64,000 nucleotides of DNA from Bacteroidales bacterium UBA4360. Lineage in GTDB: Bacteria > Bacteroidota > Bacteroidia > Bacteroidales > UBA932. The notes beneath the pieces were generated by a model. The model ran no database searches. It had not been told where the DNA came from and saw only the letters and a program-made list of their open reading frames with translations. Below, one piece after another: positions 29,257-37,239 of this stretch; the first letter of the stretch is position 1; every line of letters begins with the position of its first letter. The DNA lies in the NCBI GenBank assembly GCA_002393945.1, contig DGSO01000020.1, positions 38,517 through 102,516 of the forward strand. Direction: 5' to 3'. A program made the position numbers and the translations under genes.

Positions 29257-31032
29257 TTATTCCTCCTTGGTTTCAAGATCGCGGATTTTCACCTTAAGGG
29301 CATCAAGGCGCTCCTTGGCCGCGTCAATCTTTTCCTGCATCTGCGCTTTGAGCTTTTCCGCACCCTTGGAGAGCGAGAAGAAGCCGATATTGTTCTCGTA
29401 AGTCTGGATTTCCTGCTGGAGGGCGTTGAACTGCTCCTTGAGCTTGTCCTTCTCCGTCATTGGCTTGCCGGAAGGTCTCTGGGAACCACCCTGACGGCGC
29501 TGTCCCCTGCCGCCGAAGCCGGGGAACTTTTCTGCCATGGCCTCACGGTATGCGGCGTTGACAGCGTCTTTCTCCTTGAAAGGAACAAAGCCTATTTCGT
29601 TCCACTTCTTGGCAAATTCAGCGGCTGCGCTCTCATCTCCTTCAAATGCCTTGATTTCCTCAATGAGCGCCTGCTTTGCGGCAAGGTTTGCCGAAAGGTT
29701 GCCCTGGCCGGCCGGACGGTTGTCCCTGGCTGTAAAGAATTCATCGCAGGCGGCACGGAAGCGTTTCCATATCTGCTCGGACTTCTTGCGGGGAACAGCT
29801 CCGATCTCCTTCCACTGCTTCTGCAGTTCGATGAGACGGTCTGTGGTGGCCTTCCAGTCCGTGCTGGTCTTGAGGGATTCGGCCTCTTCGATGATGGCCA
29901 TCTTCTTCTCAAGGTTTGCATTCATGCTGTCCTTGAATTCGGTCAGGGATGCCCTCTTTCTTTCAAAGAACTTGTCGCATGCCGCGCGGAAGCGGTCGTA
30001 TATTTTCTGATTGTCCTTGCGGGTGGCAAAGCCGATAGTCTTCCACTTTGCCTGGATATCTTCTATTTCCTTGCTCAGCGTGTTCCACTGGGTCGAAGAA
30101 GTGATTCCCTTTTCGGCAATGGCTTCGACCTGCTCGCAAAGGGCGGTCTTGGCTTCGAGGTTCTTCACCTGCTGCTCCTTGAGGCCTTCAAAATGGGCCT
30201 GGTAGCGCTTGTTGATAACCGAAGTCGCGGCACGGAAGCGCTCCCAGATTTCGTCGCGGTACTCCTTGGCAACGGGGCCGAGATCCTTCCACTGCTCATG
30301 GAGTTTCTGAAGTTCCTTGAAGGCTTCCACAACGTTCTCGTTCTCTGCGAGGGCTTCGGCCTGTTCGCAGAAAGCGGTCTTGGCCTCGAGGTTCTTCTTG
30401 AAGTCAAGGTCGCGGAGTTCGCGGTTGATGTCTACGAGGTCGTAGAACTTGGTGATATGGAGCTGGTAGGTATCGTTGATGTCGCGGAAATTCTGCTGCG
30501 GAACGGGGCCCACCTCCCTCCAGCGGTTCTGGATGTCCCTGAACTTGGGGAAGGCATCCTTCATGTCGCCGGGGTCCTCGACAAGGGCCTTCAGCTCTTC
30601 GATTATGGCCTGCTTGGTTGCAAGATTCTCCTCGCGGAGGGCGTCCTGCTGCTTATTGTATTCGGCACGTTCTTTCTTATACTCGACATAGAGGGACTTG
30701 AAGCCGGCCTCGATGGCGGCAAAGGGGCTCAGGGAACGGCTCTGCAGGGGGACGGTGCTCTCTACCTCCAAGGTATTCTCATCGGGCTCCTCCACGGTAT
30801 CCTCCTCGCCGGCGTCGGCCTTTTCCTTGGAGAGACGCTTGTAGAAGGCCGATTTGATAGCCTCCGCCTCTTTTGACCTTTTCATGCGGTCCTCGCTGTC
30901 CTTGAGGGACTGGAAAAGCTCTGTGAGCTCTGCAAGATTCTTGTCTGCATAGTTCACGGCCGTCTCTTTTACCTCCTGTACTACATCTGCGGTTTCTGCA
31001 GGGATAACCTCAGGCTTGATTTCTTCACTCAT
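29257..31032 (-). CDS. DUF349 repeat protein
   Basis: Repeated K-xx-I...LQxxWKxxGxVP...IWxRFRAA helical units. Confidence 0.88.
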   Translation of the reverse strand: MSEEIKPEVIPAETADVVQEVKETAVNYADKNLAELTELFQSLKDSEDRMKRSKEAEAIKSAFYKRLSKEKADAGEEDTVEEPDENTLEVESTVPLQSRSLSPFAAIEAGFKSLYVEYKKERAEYNKQQDALREENLATKQAIIEELKALVEDPGDMKDAFPKFRDIQNRWREVGPVPQQNFRDINDTYQLHITKFYDLVDINRELRDLDFKKNLEAKTAFCEQAEALAENENVVEAFKELQKLHEQWKDLGPVAKEYRDEIWERFRAATSVINKRYQAHFEGLKEQQVKNLEAKTALCEQVEAIAEKGITSSTQWNTLSKEIEDIQAKWKTIGFATRKDNQKIYDRFRAACDKFFERKRASLTEFKDSMNANLEKKMAIIEEAESLKTSTDWKATTDRLIELQKQWKEIGAVPRKKSEQIWKRFRAACDEFFTARDNRPAGQGNLSANLAAKQALIEEIKAFEGDESAAAEFAKKWNEIGFVPFKEKDAVNAAYREAMAEKFPGFGGRGQRRQGGSQRPSGKPMTEKDKLKEQFNALQQEIQTYENNIGFFSLSKGAEKLKAQMQEKIDAAKERLDALKVKIRDLETKEE

Positions 31033-31069
31033 AACTTATAGTTTATAAAGGTTTGTCAATTCTATATAG

Positions 31070-31100
31070 CTTACAAATATAAGAATTATTACTATTTTTG
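31070..31100. promoter_or_regulatory. Divergent -7 elements (DUF349 / trmD)
   Basis: TATATTTGTAAG on - (31081-31070), TATTTTTG on + (31093-31100). Confidence 0.65.
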
Positions 31101-31122
31101 CAAAACAAAACAAGACCCAAGC

Positions 31123-31797
31123 ATGCGCATAGATATTCTCTCCGTAGTACCCGAACTTCTTGACTCTCCCCTCAGCCATTCAATACCCGGCCGCGCCGTA
31201 AAGAAAGGGCTTGTGGAAATACATGTCCACAACCTCAGGAAATACGGCCTTGGGCCGCGCCAGACAGTAGATGACTACTCCTACGGCGGTGACGCCGGAA
31301 TGGTAATGATGGTGGAACCCGTTTTCAGGTACATAGAGGAGCTCACGGCAGAACGCCATTACGATGAAATCATCTATATGGCTCCTGACGGTGAAATCCT
31401 TAATCAGGGAATCGCCAACGAACTTTCCCTGAAGGAGAACATCATAATCCTCTGCGGCCATTACAAAGGAATTGACGAGCGCATCCGCGAACATCTTATA
31501 ACCCGCGAAATCTCCGTCGGAGACTTCGTGGTCTCCGGAGGCGAAATTCCCGCCGCCCTTCTTGCCGACAGCATCATCCGCCTCATCCCGGGAGTCCTCA
31601 CCGATGAGACATCTGCCCTGTCCGACTCATTCCAGGACGGGCTTGTCTCCCCTCCGGTCTATACGCGTCCGGCATCTTTCAACGGATGGGACGTACCTGA
31701 AGTCCTGCTGAGCGGGAACCCGAAACTGATACGAGCCTGGCAGGACGAAAAGGCCGTAGAACGCACCCGTGAACGCCGTCCGGAGCTTCTGAAATAG
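31123..31797 (+). CDS. trmD: tRNA (guanine37-N1) methyltransferase
   Basis: DDYSYGGDAGMVM, LCGHYKGIDER, EISVGDFVVSGGE, VPEVLLSGN. Confidence 0.97.
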   Translation: MRIDILSVVPELLDSPLSHSIPGRAVKKGLVEIHVHNLRKYGLGPRQTVDDYSYGGDAGMVMMVEPVFRYIEELTAERHYDEIIYMAPDGEILNQGIANELSLKENIIILCGHYKGIDERIREHLITREISVGDFVVSGGEIPAALLADSIIRLIPGVLTDETSALSDSFQDGLVSPPVYTRPASFNGWDVPEVLLSGNPKLIRAWQDEKAVERTRERRPELLK

Positions 31798-31813
31798 TTT
31801 TTATAATTTACAC

Positions 31814-31849
31814 AGAAAAACAGCCCGCAATCGCTGCGGGCTGTTTTCT
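31814..31849. terminator. Bidirectional intrinsic terminator
   Basis: AAAACAGCCCGCA-ATCGC-TGCGGGCTGTTTT, a 13-bp perfect stem including the A/T tracts. Confidence 0.9.
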
Positions 31850-31920
31850 GGTTAGTTAGTAGTGTATTCTTAACTTAAGAAGGTTAATTTGTTGGTTAGA
31901 AGAAGCGTTTCATTTTCTGA
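31816..31920 (-). ncRNA. Candidate small RNA (about 105 nt) containing the 5-codon ORF MKRFF
   Basis: Consensus promoter at 31953-31923 points into about 100 nt with no gene and ends at the 31814-31849 terminator; A/C-rich body. Confidence 0.6.
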
Positions 31921-31922
31921 TG

Positions 31923-31953
31923 CAAATATATGAATACTTTTTCGAAACGCAAA
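31923..31953 (-). promoter_or_regulatory. Consensus Bacteroidota promoter, orphan
   Basis: TTTG (31953-31950), 19 nt, TATATTTG (31930-31923). Confidence 0.8.
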
Positions 31954-31987
31954 ATTTTTCTAACTTTTCCTTCATTAATAAAAATTT

Positions 31988-34189
31988 TTAAAAATTGAGC
32001 GCCAACTTCACCGTCCAGTTGCGTGGAGCCTGAGGATAAACGCCGATTCCGGAAGAGACCGTATCCGTAGCCGGATCGTAGCTCTCCCATCTCCACCCGG
32101 AGGCATAGTAAAGGTTATTGAGGAGATTGTTCACATACGCAGAAACTACAAGGGACGAGCGGCCGATGAAAGATACGGTGCGCTGCACCATCAGGTTCAT
32201 CACCCCATAGGCCGGAACGGTCATTTCCTCACGCATGGAATTGTCGAGGTACTGTTTTCCCACATATTTGTAATCGGCCGTGACTAGCCATTTCCTGGAA
32301 GGTGATGCTGAAAGACGTACCATTCCCACCGTGGAAGGAGACATAAGCATGGTGGTCTTCCCGTAATGGACAGCGTGAGTCGCTGAGTAATCCTCATACG
32401 GGACATAGGAGGTATAATCGGCAATCTCGTTGACTGATAGCGTAAGGTTGCCGTCGGCACGGAGCCAGCGGCTCATCTGCCAGGCGCCGGCAAGTTCAAC
32501 TCCCCTTCTCCAGGCGCGGGGGACGTTCTCCTTGATGGCATATCCCGAAGACGAGAGCTTTCCCGTTTCAAGCAGCATGTCCGTATACTCCATCAGGTAT
32601 ACGTTTGCCGATGCAGAGAGCCTCCTGCCCCCGAACTGCCAGCCCAGTTCGATGTCGGTCATCTTTTCGGGGACTATATCGGCCCCGTCACCTTTGACGT
32701 TCTCCTTGATGTCTCCCCTGCCGGGCTCGCGGTTGCCGAGGGCGACGGACGCAAAGAAACTGTGCCGGCCGAAGAGCGCCTTGACGCCTGCCCTGGGGTT
32801 GAAGAAATCCCACTTCCTGTGATAATCGAGCATATCGGCAGGGTTTGAGCCGTATTCGATGAAATCGTCGTCCCGGCCGTCAAGATCGTAGCCGATGGTT
32901 CTGTATTGGAGGTCGGCATAGGCGGTGAGCCATGCGAAGGGATGGTATTCCGCCCTTGCAAAAACGTTGGCTTCCTTTTTCCAACCAGTGTTTCCGTACC
33001 AGTCCACATCCCCGTAATTGTAGGACGAGCCAAGCTGTTTTGTCCAAAGGAGTTCTCCCCAGTGGCCTCCCCTGTATTTGGAGAAGTTCACGCCCGCAGT
33101 GAGATCTAGCCCGCGCGTGCTGTAGCGGAGATTCGAATTCAGGACCCACAGGTCGTTGTCCATCATCTTGCGGTAAGTCATGTCGGAACGGGCGGGCGTT
33201 CCTTCCGGGAGGTCCGTAAAGCCGTAATTCTTCAGTTTCTTATTGCTTTTATAATACTCGTCGTAGCCTTCTCCATTGGTATAATTGAGAGTGGTGCTCC
33301 AAGCGAGGTTCGGCCTCAGGGCACGCGTGTAATTGCCCTGGAAATGGTTCTGGACGTAATTGTCTGTCTGGTTGGGATAATAATACACATTCCCCAAATC
33401 ATCGTAATACTCTCCGGCACCGTTATATGTCCTGTCCTTCTTGTACTGCTCTATGTCTATGCCGTCCCAGGTGATTCCGCTACGCTGTTTTCCCCTCAGA
33501 TAAGTAAAACGGAGGGACTGCCCGCGTCCAAGCCAGCCCAGCATGAAAAATGCCGAATTCGACTGCACGAATGCATTCCGGATATAACCGTCAGTGGTTC
33601 CCTTTGCATACGCCGCGCTTGCATACAGCCCGTGCCTGCTAATTCCGGTCGAACCCGAATGCGTGACCATCTGCGTATCGTATGAGCCCCAGCTGTGTTC
33701 CGTCCTGCCCCAGCCATTAGGCGTTGCAAATGCGGTGTTCATATTGATGCTGGCGCCGAAGGCACCCGCGCCGTTTGCGCTTGTGCCAAGGCCTCTCTGG
33801 ACCTGTACGCCGGAAATCAGCGCCGTCAGCGCCGGAATATTAACCCAGAAGACTTCCTGGGACTCGGCGTCATTCAGGGTGATTCCGTTGAGAGTGACGT
33901 TAATCTGGGAGCCTTTGCTGCCGCGGATAGTCATTGCAGAATTGCCGAGACCGGTACCGCCTTCATTGTAAGTAACCACGGAAGGCAGCAGGTTAAGCGT
34001 CATCGGAATTGAATTGGATGGATTCTGGGACTCGAGCTGAGCCTTGCCCATTTCGGAAAAAGTGACAGGAGTGTTCTTTCCTGCACGGGATGCAGATACA
34101 ACAACGGAGTCCAGGCGTTCAACCTTCTCCTGTGCCGATGCAACGGCACACACGGCAGCCAGAACTGCCACAAAGCATAGTTTTTTCAT
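31988..34189 (-). CDS. TonB-dependent receptor, probably for thiamine
   Basis: Signal peptide ASA-Q, DSVVVSA TonB box, RGSKGSQINVTLNGI plug, C-terminal Phe; TPP riboswitch directly upstream. Confidence 0.9.
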   Translation of the reverse strand: MKKLCFVAVLAAVCAVASAQEKVERLDSVVVSASRAGKNTPVTFSEMGKAQLESQNPSNSIPMTLNLLPSVVTYNEGGTGLGNSAMTIRGSKGSQINVTLNGITLNDAESQEVFWVNIPALTALISGVQVQRGLGTSANGAGAFGASINMNTAFATPNGWGRTEHSWGSYDTQMVTHSGSTGISRHGLYASAAYAKGTTDGYIRNAFVQSNSAFFMLGWLGRGQSLRFTYLRGKQRSGITWDGIDIEQYKKDRTYNGAGEYYDDLGNVYYYPNQTDNYVQNHFQGNYTRALRPNLAWSTTLNYTNGEGYDEYYKSNKKLKNYGFTDLPEGTPARSDMTYRKMMDNDLWVLNSNLRYSTRGLDLTAGVNFSKYRGGHWGELLWTKQLGSSYNYGDVDWYGNTGWKKEANVFARAEYHPFAWLTAYADLQYRTIGYDLDGRDDDFIEYGSNPADMLDYHRKWDFFNPRAGVKALFGRHSFFASVALGNREPGRGDIKENVKGDGADIVPEKMTDIELGWQFGGRRLSASANVYLMEYTDMLLETGKLSSSGYAIKENVPRAWRRGVELAGAWQMSRWLRADGNLTLSVNEIADYTSYVPYEDYSATHAVHYGKTTMLMSPSTVGMVRLSASPSRKWLVTADYKYVGKQYLDNSMREEMTVPAYGVMNLMVQRTVSFIGRSSLVVSAYVNNLLNNLYYASGWRWESYDPATDTVSSGIGVYPQAPRNWTVKLALNF

Positions 34190-34191
34190 AA

Positions 34192-34264
34192 ATCCTTACG
34201 GCGGTATCAACCGCATCAAGTTCAAAGGGTGTAATCTCAATCGGGAGTTTCCCGATACCCCTAT
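34192..34264 (-). ncRNA. TPP riboswitch
   Basis: Minus strand reads AGGGGTATCGGGAAACTCCCGA-TTGAGA-TTACACCCTTTGAACTTGATGCGGTTGATACCGCCGTAAGGA, with TPP consensus blocks (UGAGA, ACCC, GAAC-UGAU, P5 GCGG/CCGC, GUA-GGA). Confidence 0.9.
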
Positions 34265-34269
34265 ATAAT

Positions 34270-35022
34270 TTATTTTTTCAATTCAATCCTATACATCCGC
34301 GGCCAGTTCTTGCCCGTCAGGTAGACATGGCCCTCCGAATCCACGGCTATGCCGTTAAGCACATCTGTATCCTTGGTCCTGAGACTCGCGGGCAGAAGTC
34401 CCCTGCAGTCTACCGTTGCCTCCACCTTGCCGTTTGAGGGATTGATGATGGCAATCATGTCTGACGTATAGACATTGGCCCAGATCTTCCCGTCTATCCA
34501 TTCCAGTTCGTTAAGGTACTGAAGGCTTCTGTCACGGAGTGTCACGCGAAGACGCTTCTGAACCTTGAGGTTGCTGTCAAGGAAATAGAGCGTAGAGGTG
34601 CCGTCGCTTGCGATGAGCTGTTTTCCGTCGGTGGTGAGTCCCCATCCTTCACGCGGATATGCCAGCGTAGCCTTGTAGGTGAGCGTTTTCGCATCGTACC
34701 TGAAGGCCAGCTTGTTTGTCCAGGTGAGGACATAAAGGTCATCGCCAAGGATCACGGAGCCCTCACCGAAATACTTCGATGACAGCTTCTTGATTGCCGT
34801 CACTTCCCCGGTCTCAAGGTCCACGGTACGGATTGAACTCTCTCCCCACTGCCCGGTGGTCTCGTACAGCACCCCGTCATGGAAGAACAGCCCCTGCGTG
34901 TAAGCATGGACATCGTGAGGGTACTCTGCCGTCACCTTTACCTTATACTCCTTCACCTGCGCACTTGAACAGGCGGAAATCAGGAGCCCGGCAACCAGGC
35001 CTATTATGCTGTTGATTCTCAT
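34270..35022 (-). CDS. Glutaminyl-peptide cyclotransferase, type I (beta-propeller), lipoprotein
   Basis: Lipobox LISAC; YTQGL, ETTG, FGEG, LTW, EGWGLT, LNELE, VLNGIA. Confidence 0.9.
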   Translation of the reverse strand: MRINSIIGLVAGLLISACSSAQVKEYKVKVTAEYPHDVHAYTQGLFFHDGVLYETTGQWGESSIRTVDLETGEVTAIKKLSSKYFGEGSVILGDDLYVLTWTNKLAFRYDAKTLTYKATLAYPREGWGLTTDGKQLIASDGTSTLYFLDSNLKVQKRLRVTLRDRSLQYLNELEWIDGKIWANVYTSDMIAIINPSNGKVEATVDCRGLLPASLRTKDTDVLNGIAVDSEGHVYLTGKNWPRMYRIELKK

Positions 35023-35031
35023 AAGCGGTCA

Positions 35032-35087
35032 CAAATTTAGCAAACTTTGGGACTATTTGCAAAATCGGTGCGGTTTAAGTAACTTTG
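35032..35087. promoter_or_regulatory. Divergent promoters sharing a TTTGCAAA palindrome as -33 element
   Basis: TAAATTTG on - (35039-35032) and TAACTTTG on + (35080-35087), each 20 nt from TTTGCAAA at 35056-35063. Confidence 0.7.
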
Positions 35088-35100
35088 CCACGCTAAAAAA

Positions 35101-35406
35101 GGCAGGACGATCTGTCGCGGCGCTTCGGCGCTGAGGAAAGTCCGCACAGGAAAGGGCGCCCGTCTGCGGAAAGCGCAGCAGGGAGTAATCTTTGGCACGC
35201 GATAACAGAAAACAACCGCCGCAAGGCAAGGGTGAAAACGCGGGGTAAGAGCCCACGACTATGCATGGCGACATGCAAAGGGTATCGCACACGGGCCTGC
35301 AAGACCAAATATACCGGCAGATTAAGGGCTGCCCGCTCTTTGCCGGGGGGTAGGTTGCGAAGATAAATGACAGATTCAAAAACAGAAAGCGGCTTACGGC
35401 CCTGCC
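35101..35406 (+). ncRNA. rnpB: RNase P RNA, bacterial type A
   Basis: GAGGAAAGTCC, AAGGGTGAAA, CAAGACCAAATA, AGATAAATGAC, ACAGAAAGCGGCTTAC; P1 GGCAGG/CCTGCC; compensatory P4 CCGC/GCGG. Confidence 0.95.
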
Positions 35407-35438
35407 TTTTTTGTAAAGAAACAGTTAACTTATACAAT

Positions 35439-36776
35439 ATGGTAACAATTGATGTAAAAGGCTGCGCATCCTTTGCCGATGCCGCCTCCCTGAAAGCCTA
35501 CACCGCCAAGGCCCTCGAAGCCTTTGACGTTCTCGAATCAGAAAAAGGCGCAGGCAACGACTTCCTTGGCTGGAAGCACCTCCCCTCTGAAATCCCCGCT
35601 GAGATGCTCAATGACATTGACACCATCTGCAAAAACTGGAAAGCAAAAGGCGTAGACCTCGTGATTGCCATCGGCATCGGAGGAAGCTACCTTGGAGCAA
35701 AGTGCGTCATCGAGGCCCTTAGCCACAATTTCGCAAAGCAGCTCAAAAAGAAGGACGCCCCCGAGGTCGTCTTCGCCGGAAACAACCTCTCCGAGGAATA
35801 TCTCGCCGAACTCATGGACCTTGCTGCAGAACGCAACGTTGCAGCCATTGTCATATCCAAGAGCGGTACCACAACCGAACCCGCCGTCGCCTTCCGTATC
35901 GTCAAGCAGTATATCGAAGAGCGTTACGGCAAGGCAGATGCAGCATCCCGCATCGTAGCCATTACCGATGCAAAGAAGGGTGCTCTCAAAACCCTTTCCA
36001 CCCAGGAGGGATACAAGACTTTTGTCGTTCCTGACAATGTGGGCGGCCGTTTCTCGGTTCTCACCCCGGTGGGACTCCTTCCCATCGCAGCCGCCGGCCT
36101 CGACGTCAAGGGACTCATCGAAGGCGCCCTCGAAGCAGAGAAAGCCCTCGCCGTCAAATCTGAAGAGAACCCCGCAGTCGTATATGCCGCTGTGCGCAAT
36201 ATGCTTCATTCCCAGTGCGGCAAGTCAATTGAAATCCTCGTGAACTACAACCCCAAGCTCACTTATGTGGCAGAATGGTGGAAGCAGCTCTACGGCGAAT
36301 CAGAAGGCAAGGACGGCAAGGGCATCTTCCCCGCCAGCGTCAACAACACCGCAGACCTTCACTCCATGGGTCAGTTCATCCAGGAAGGCTCCAGAGTCAT
36401 GTTTGAAACCGTCCTCCACGTAGAAAAGGCCCAGAGGAACGTCGTTATCGGCACGGATGAGCAGAATCTCGACCAGCTCAACTTCCTTGCAGGAAAGCAC
36501 GTCGAGCACTGCAACCACATGGCAGAACTGGGCACCAGGCTCGCCCACATCGACGGTGGAGTTCCCCAGATAAGCATATGCATGGAAAAGGTGGACGCAA
36601 AGAACCTCGGTTCACTCCTCTATTTCTTCGAGTTCGCATGCGGCATCAGCGCATACACCCTTGGCGTGAATCCTTTCAACCAGCCCGGTGTAGAGGCCTA
36701 CAAGAAGAACATGTTCGCGCTTCTGGAAAAGCCCGGCTACGAAGAAGCCACAAAGGCAATCAAGGAGAGAATCTAA
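35439..36776 (+). CDS. pgi: Glucose-6-phosphate isomerase
   Basis: GIGGSYLG, SKSGTTTE, VGGRFSVLT, QLYGESEGK, PFNQPGVEAYK; the true start ATG 35439 lies downstream of rnpB. Confidence 0.96.
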   Translation: MVTIDVKGCASFADAASLKAYTAKALEAFDVLESEKGAGNDFLGWKHLPSEIPAEMLNDIDTICKNWKAKGVDLVIAIGIGGSYLGAKCVIEALSHNFAKQLKKKDAPEVVFAGNNLSEEYLAELMDLAAERNVAAIVISKSGTTTEPAVAFRIVKQYIEERYGKADAASRIVAITDAKKGALKTLSTQEGYKTFVVPDNVGGRFSVLTPVGLLPIAAAGLDVKGLIEGALEAEKALAVKSEENPAVVYAAVRNMLHSQCGKSIEILVNYNPKLTYVAEWWKQLYGESEGKDGKGIFPASVNNTADLHSMGQFIQEGSRVMFETVLHVEKAQRNVVIGTDEQNLDQLNFLAGKHVEHCNHMAELGTRLAHIDGGVPQISICMEKVDAKNLGSLLYFFEFACGISAYTLGVNPFNQPGVEAYKKNMFALLEKPGYEEATKAIKERI

Positions 36777-37234
36777 TCCTCCCCCTTCATAACGGAATCT
36801 ACGGCGGCGGCAACGTCGCCGTATTCGTATCCCCTCGAGAGTGCAAACTTCAGGAGCTTGAGCCTGCACTGAGGATCTCCCTTGAGGGAACGATACTTTG
36901 CAGCAACCACGCTTTCAAGCTTTCGCGCCGCCTTGGGCTCCTCGATCTCTGACATTCCTGAAGCGATGTCGGCATCGGAAATGCCCTTTGAGCGAAGCTG
37001 GAAGCGGATTTTCACCGGTCCCCAGCCCTGGATGGACGCCTTTTCACGGGCGAAGGCAGAGGCATAGCGCGCATCGTCTACGTATTTATCGGCAACGAGG
37101 GAGTCTACCACGCGCTTTGCCGCCGACGTGTCCCCTTCCAGGTCCCTGAGGGCCTTGGTATACATCTGGCTCCTGCAGTATTCAGCCTTGGAGCAAAGCC
37201 GCTGCAAACGGGAAAGACACTTTTCGTAATCCAT
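36773..37234 (-). CDS. recX: RecX regulatory protein
   Basis: YVDDARYA, GWGPVKIRFQLRSKGI, KLLKFALSRGY. Confidence 0.9.
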   Translation of the reverse strand: MDYEKCLSRLQRLCSKAEYCRSQMYTKALRDLEGDTSAAKRVVDSLVADKYVDDARYASAFAREKASIQGWGPVKIRFQLRSKGISDADIASGMSEIEEPKAARKLESVVAAKYRSLKGDPQCRLKLLKFALSRGYEYGDVAAAVDSVMKGED

Positions 37235-37239
37235 GCGTA

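Noticed and set aside
30715-30770. GGCTCAGGGAACGG stretch in the DUF349 gene resembling half of a REP-type repeat
   Set aside because: No complementary arm nearby and no second copy in the window; the resemblance is from memory only.
35053-35437. ORFs overlapping 35.1-35.4 kb and the N-terminal extension of pgi
   Set aside because: The region is RNase P RNA; pgi starts at 35439.
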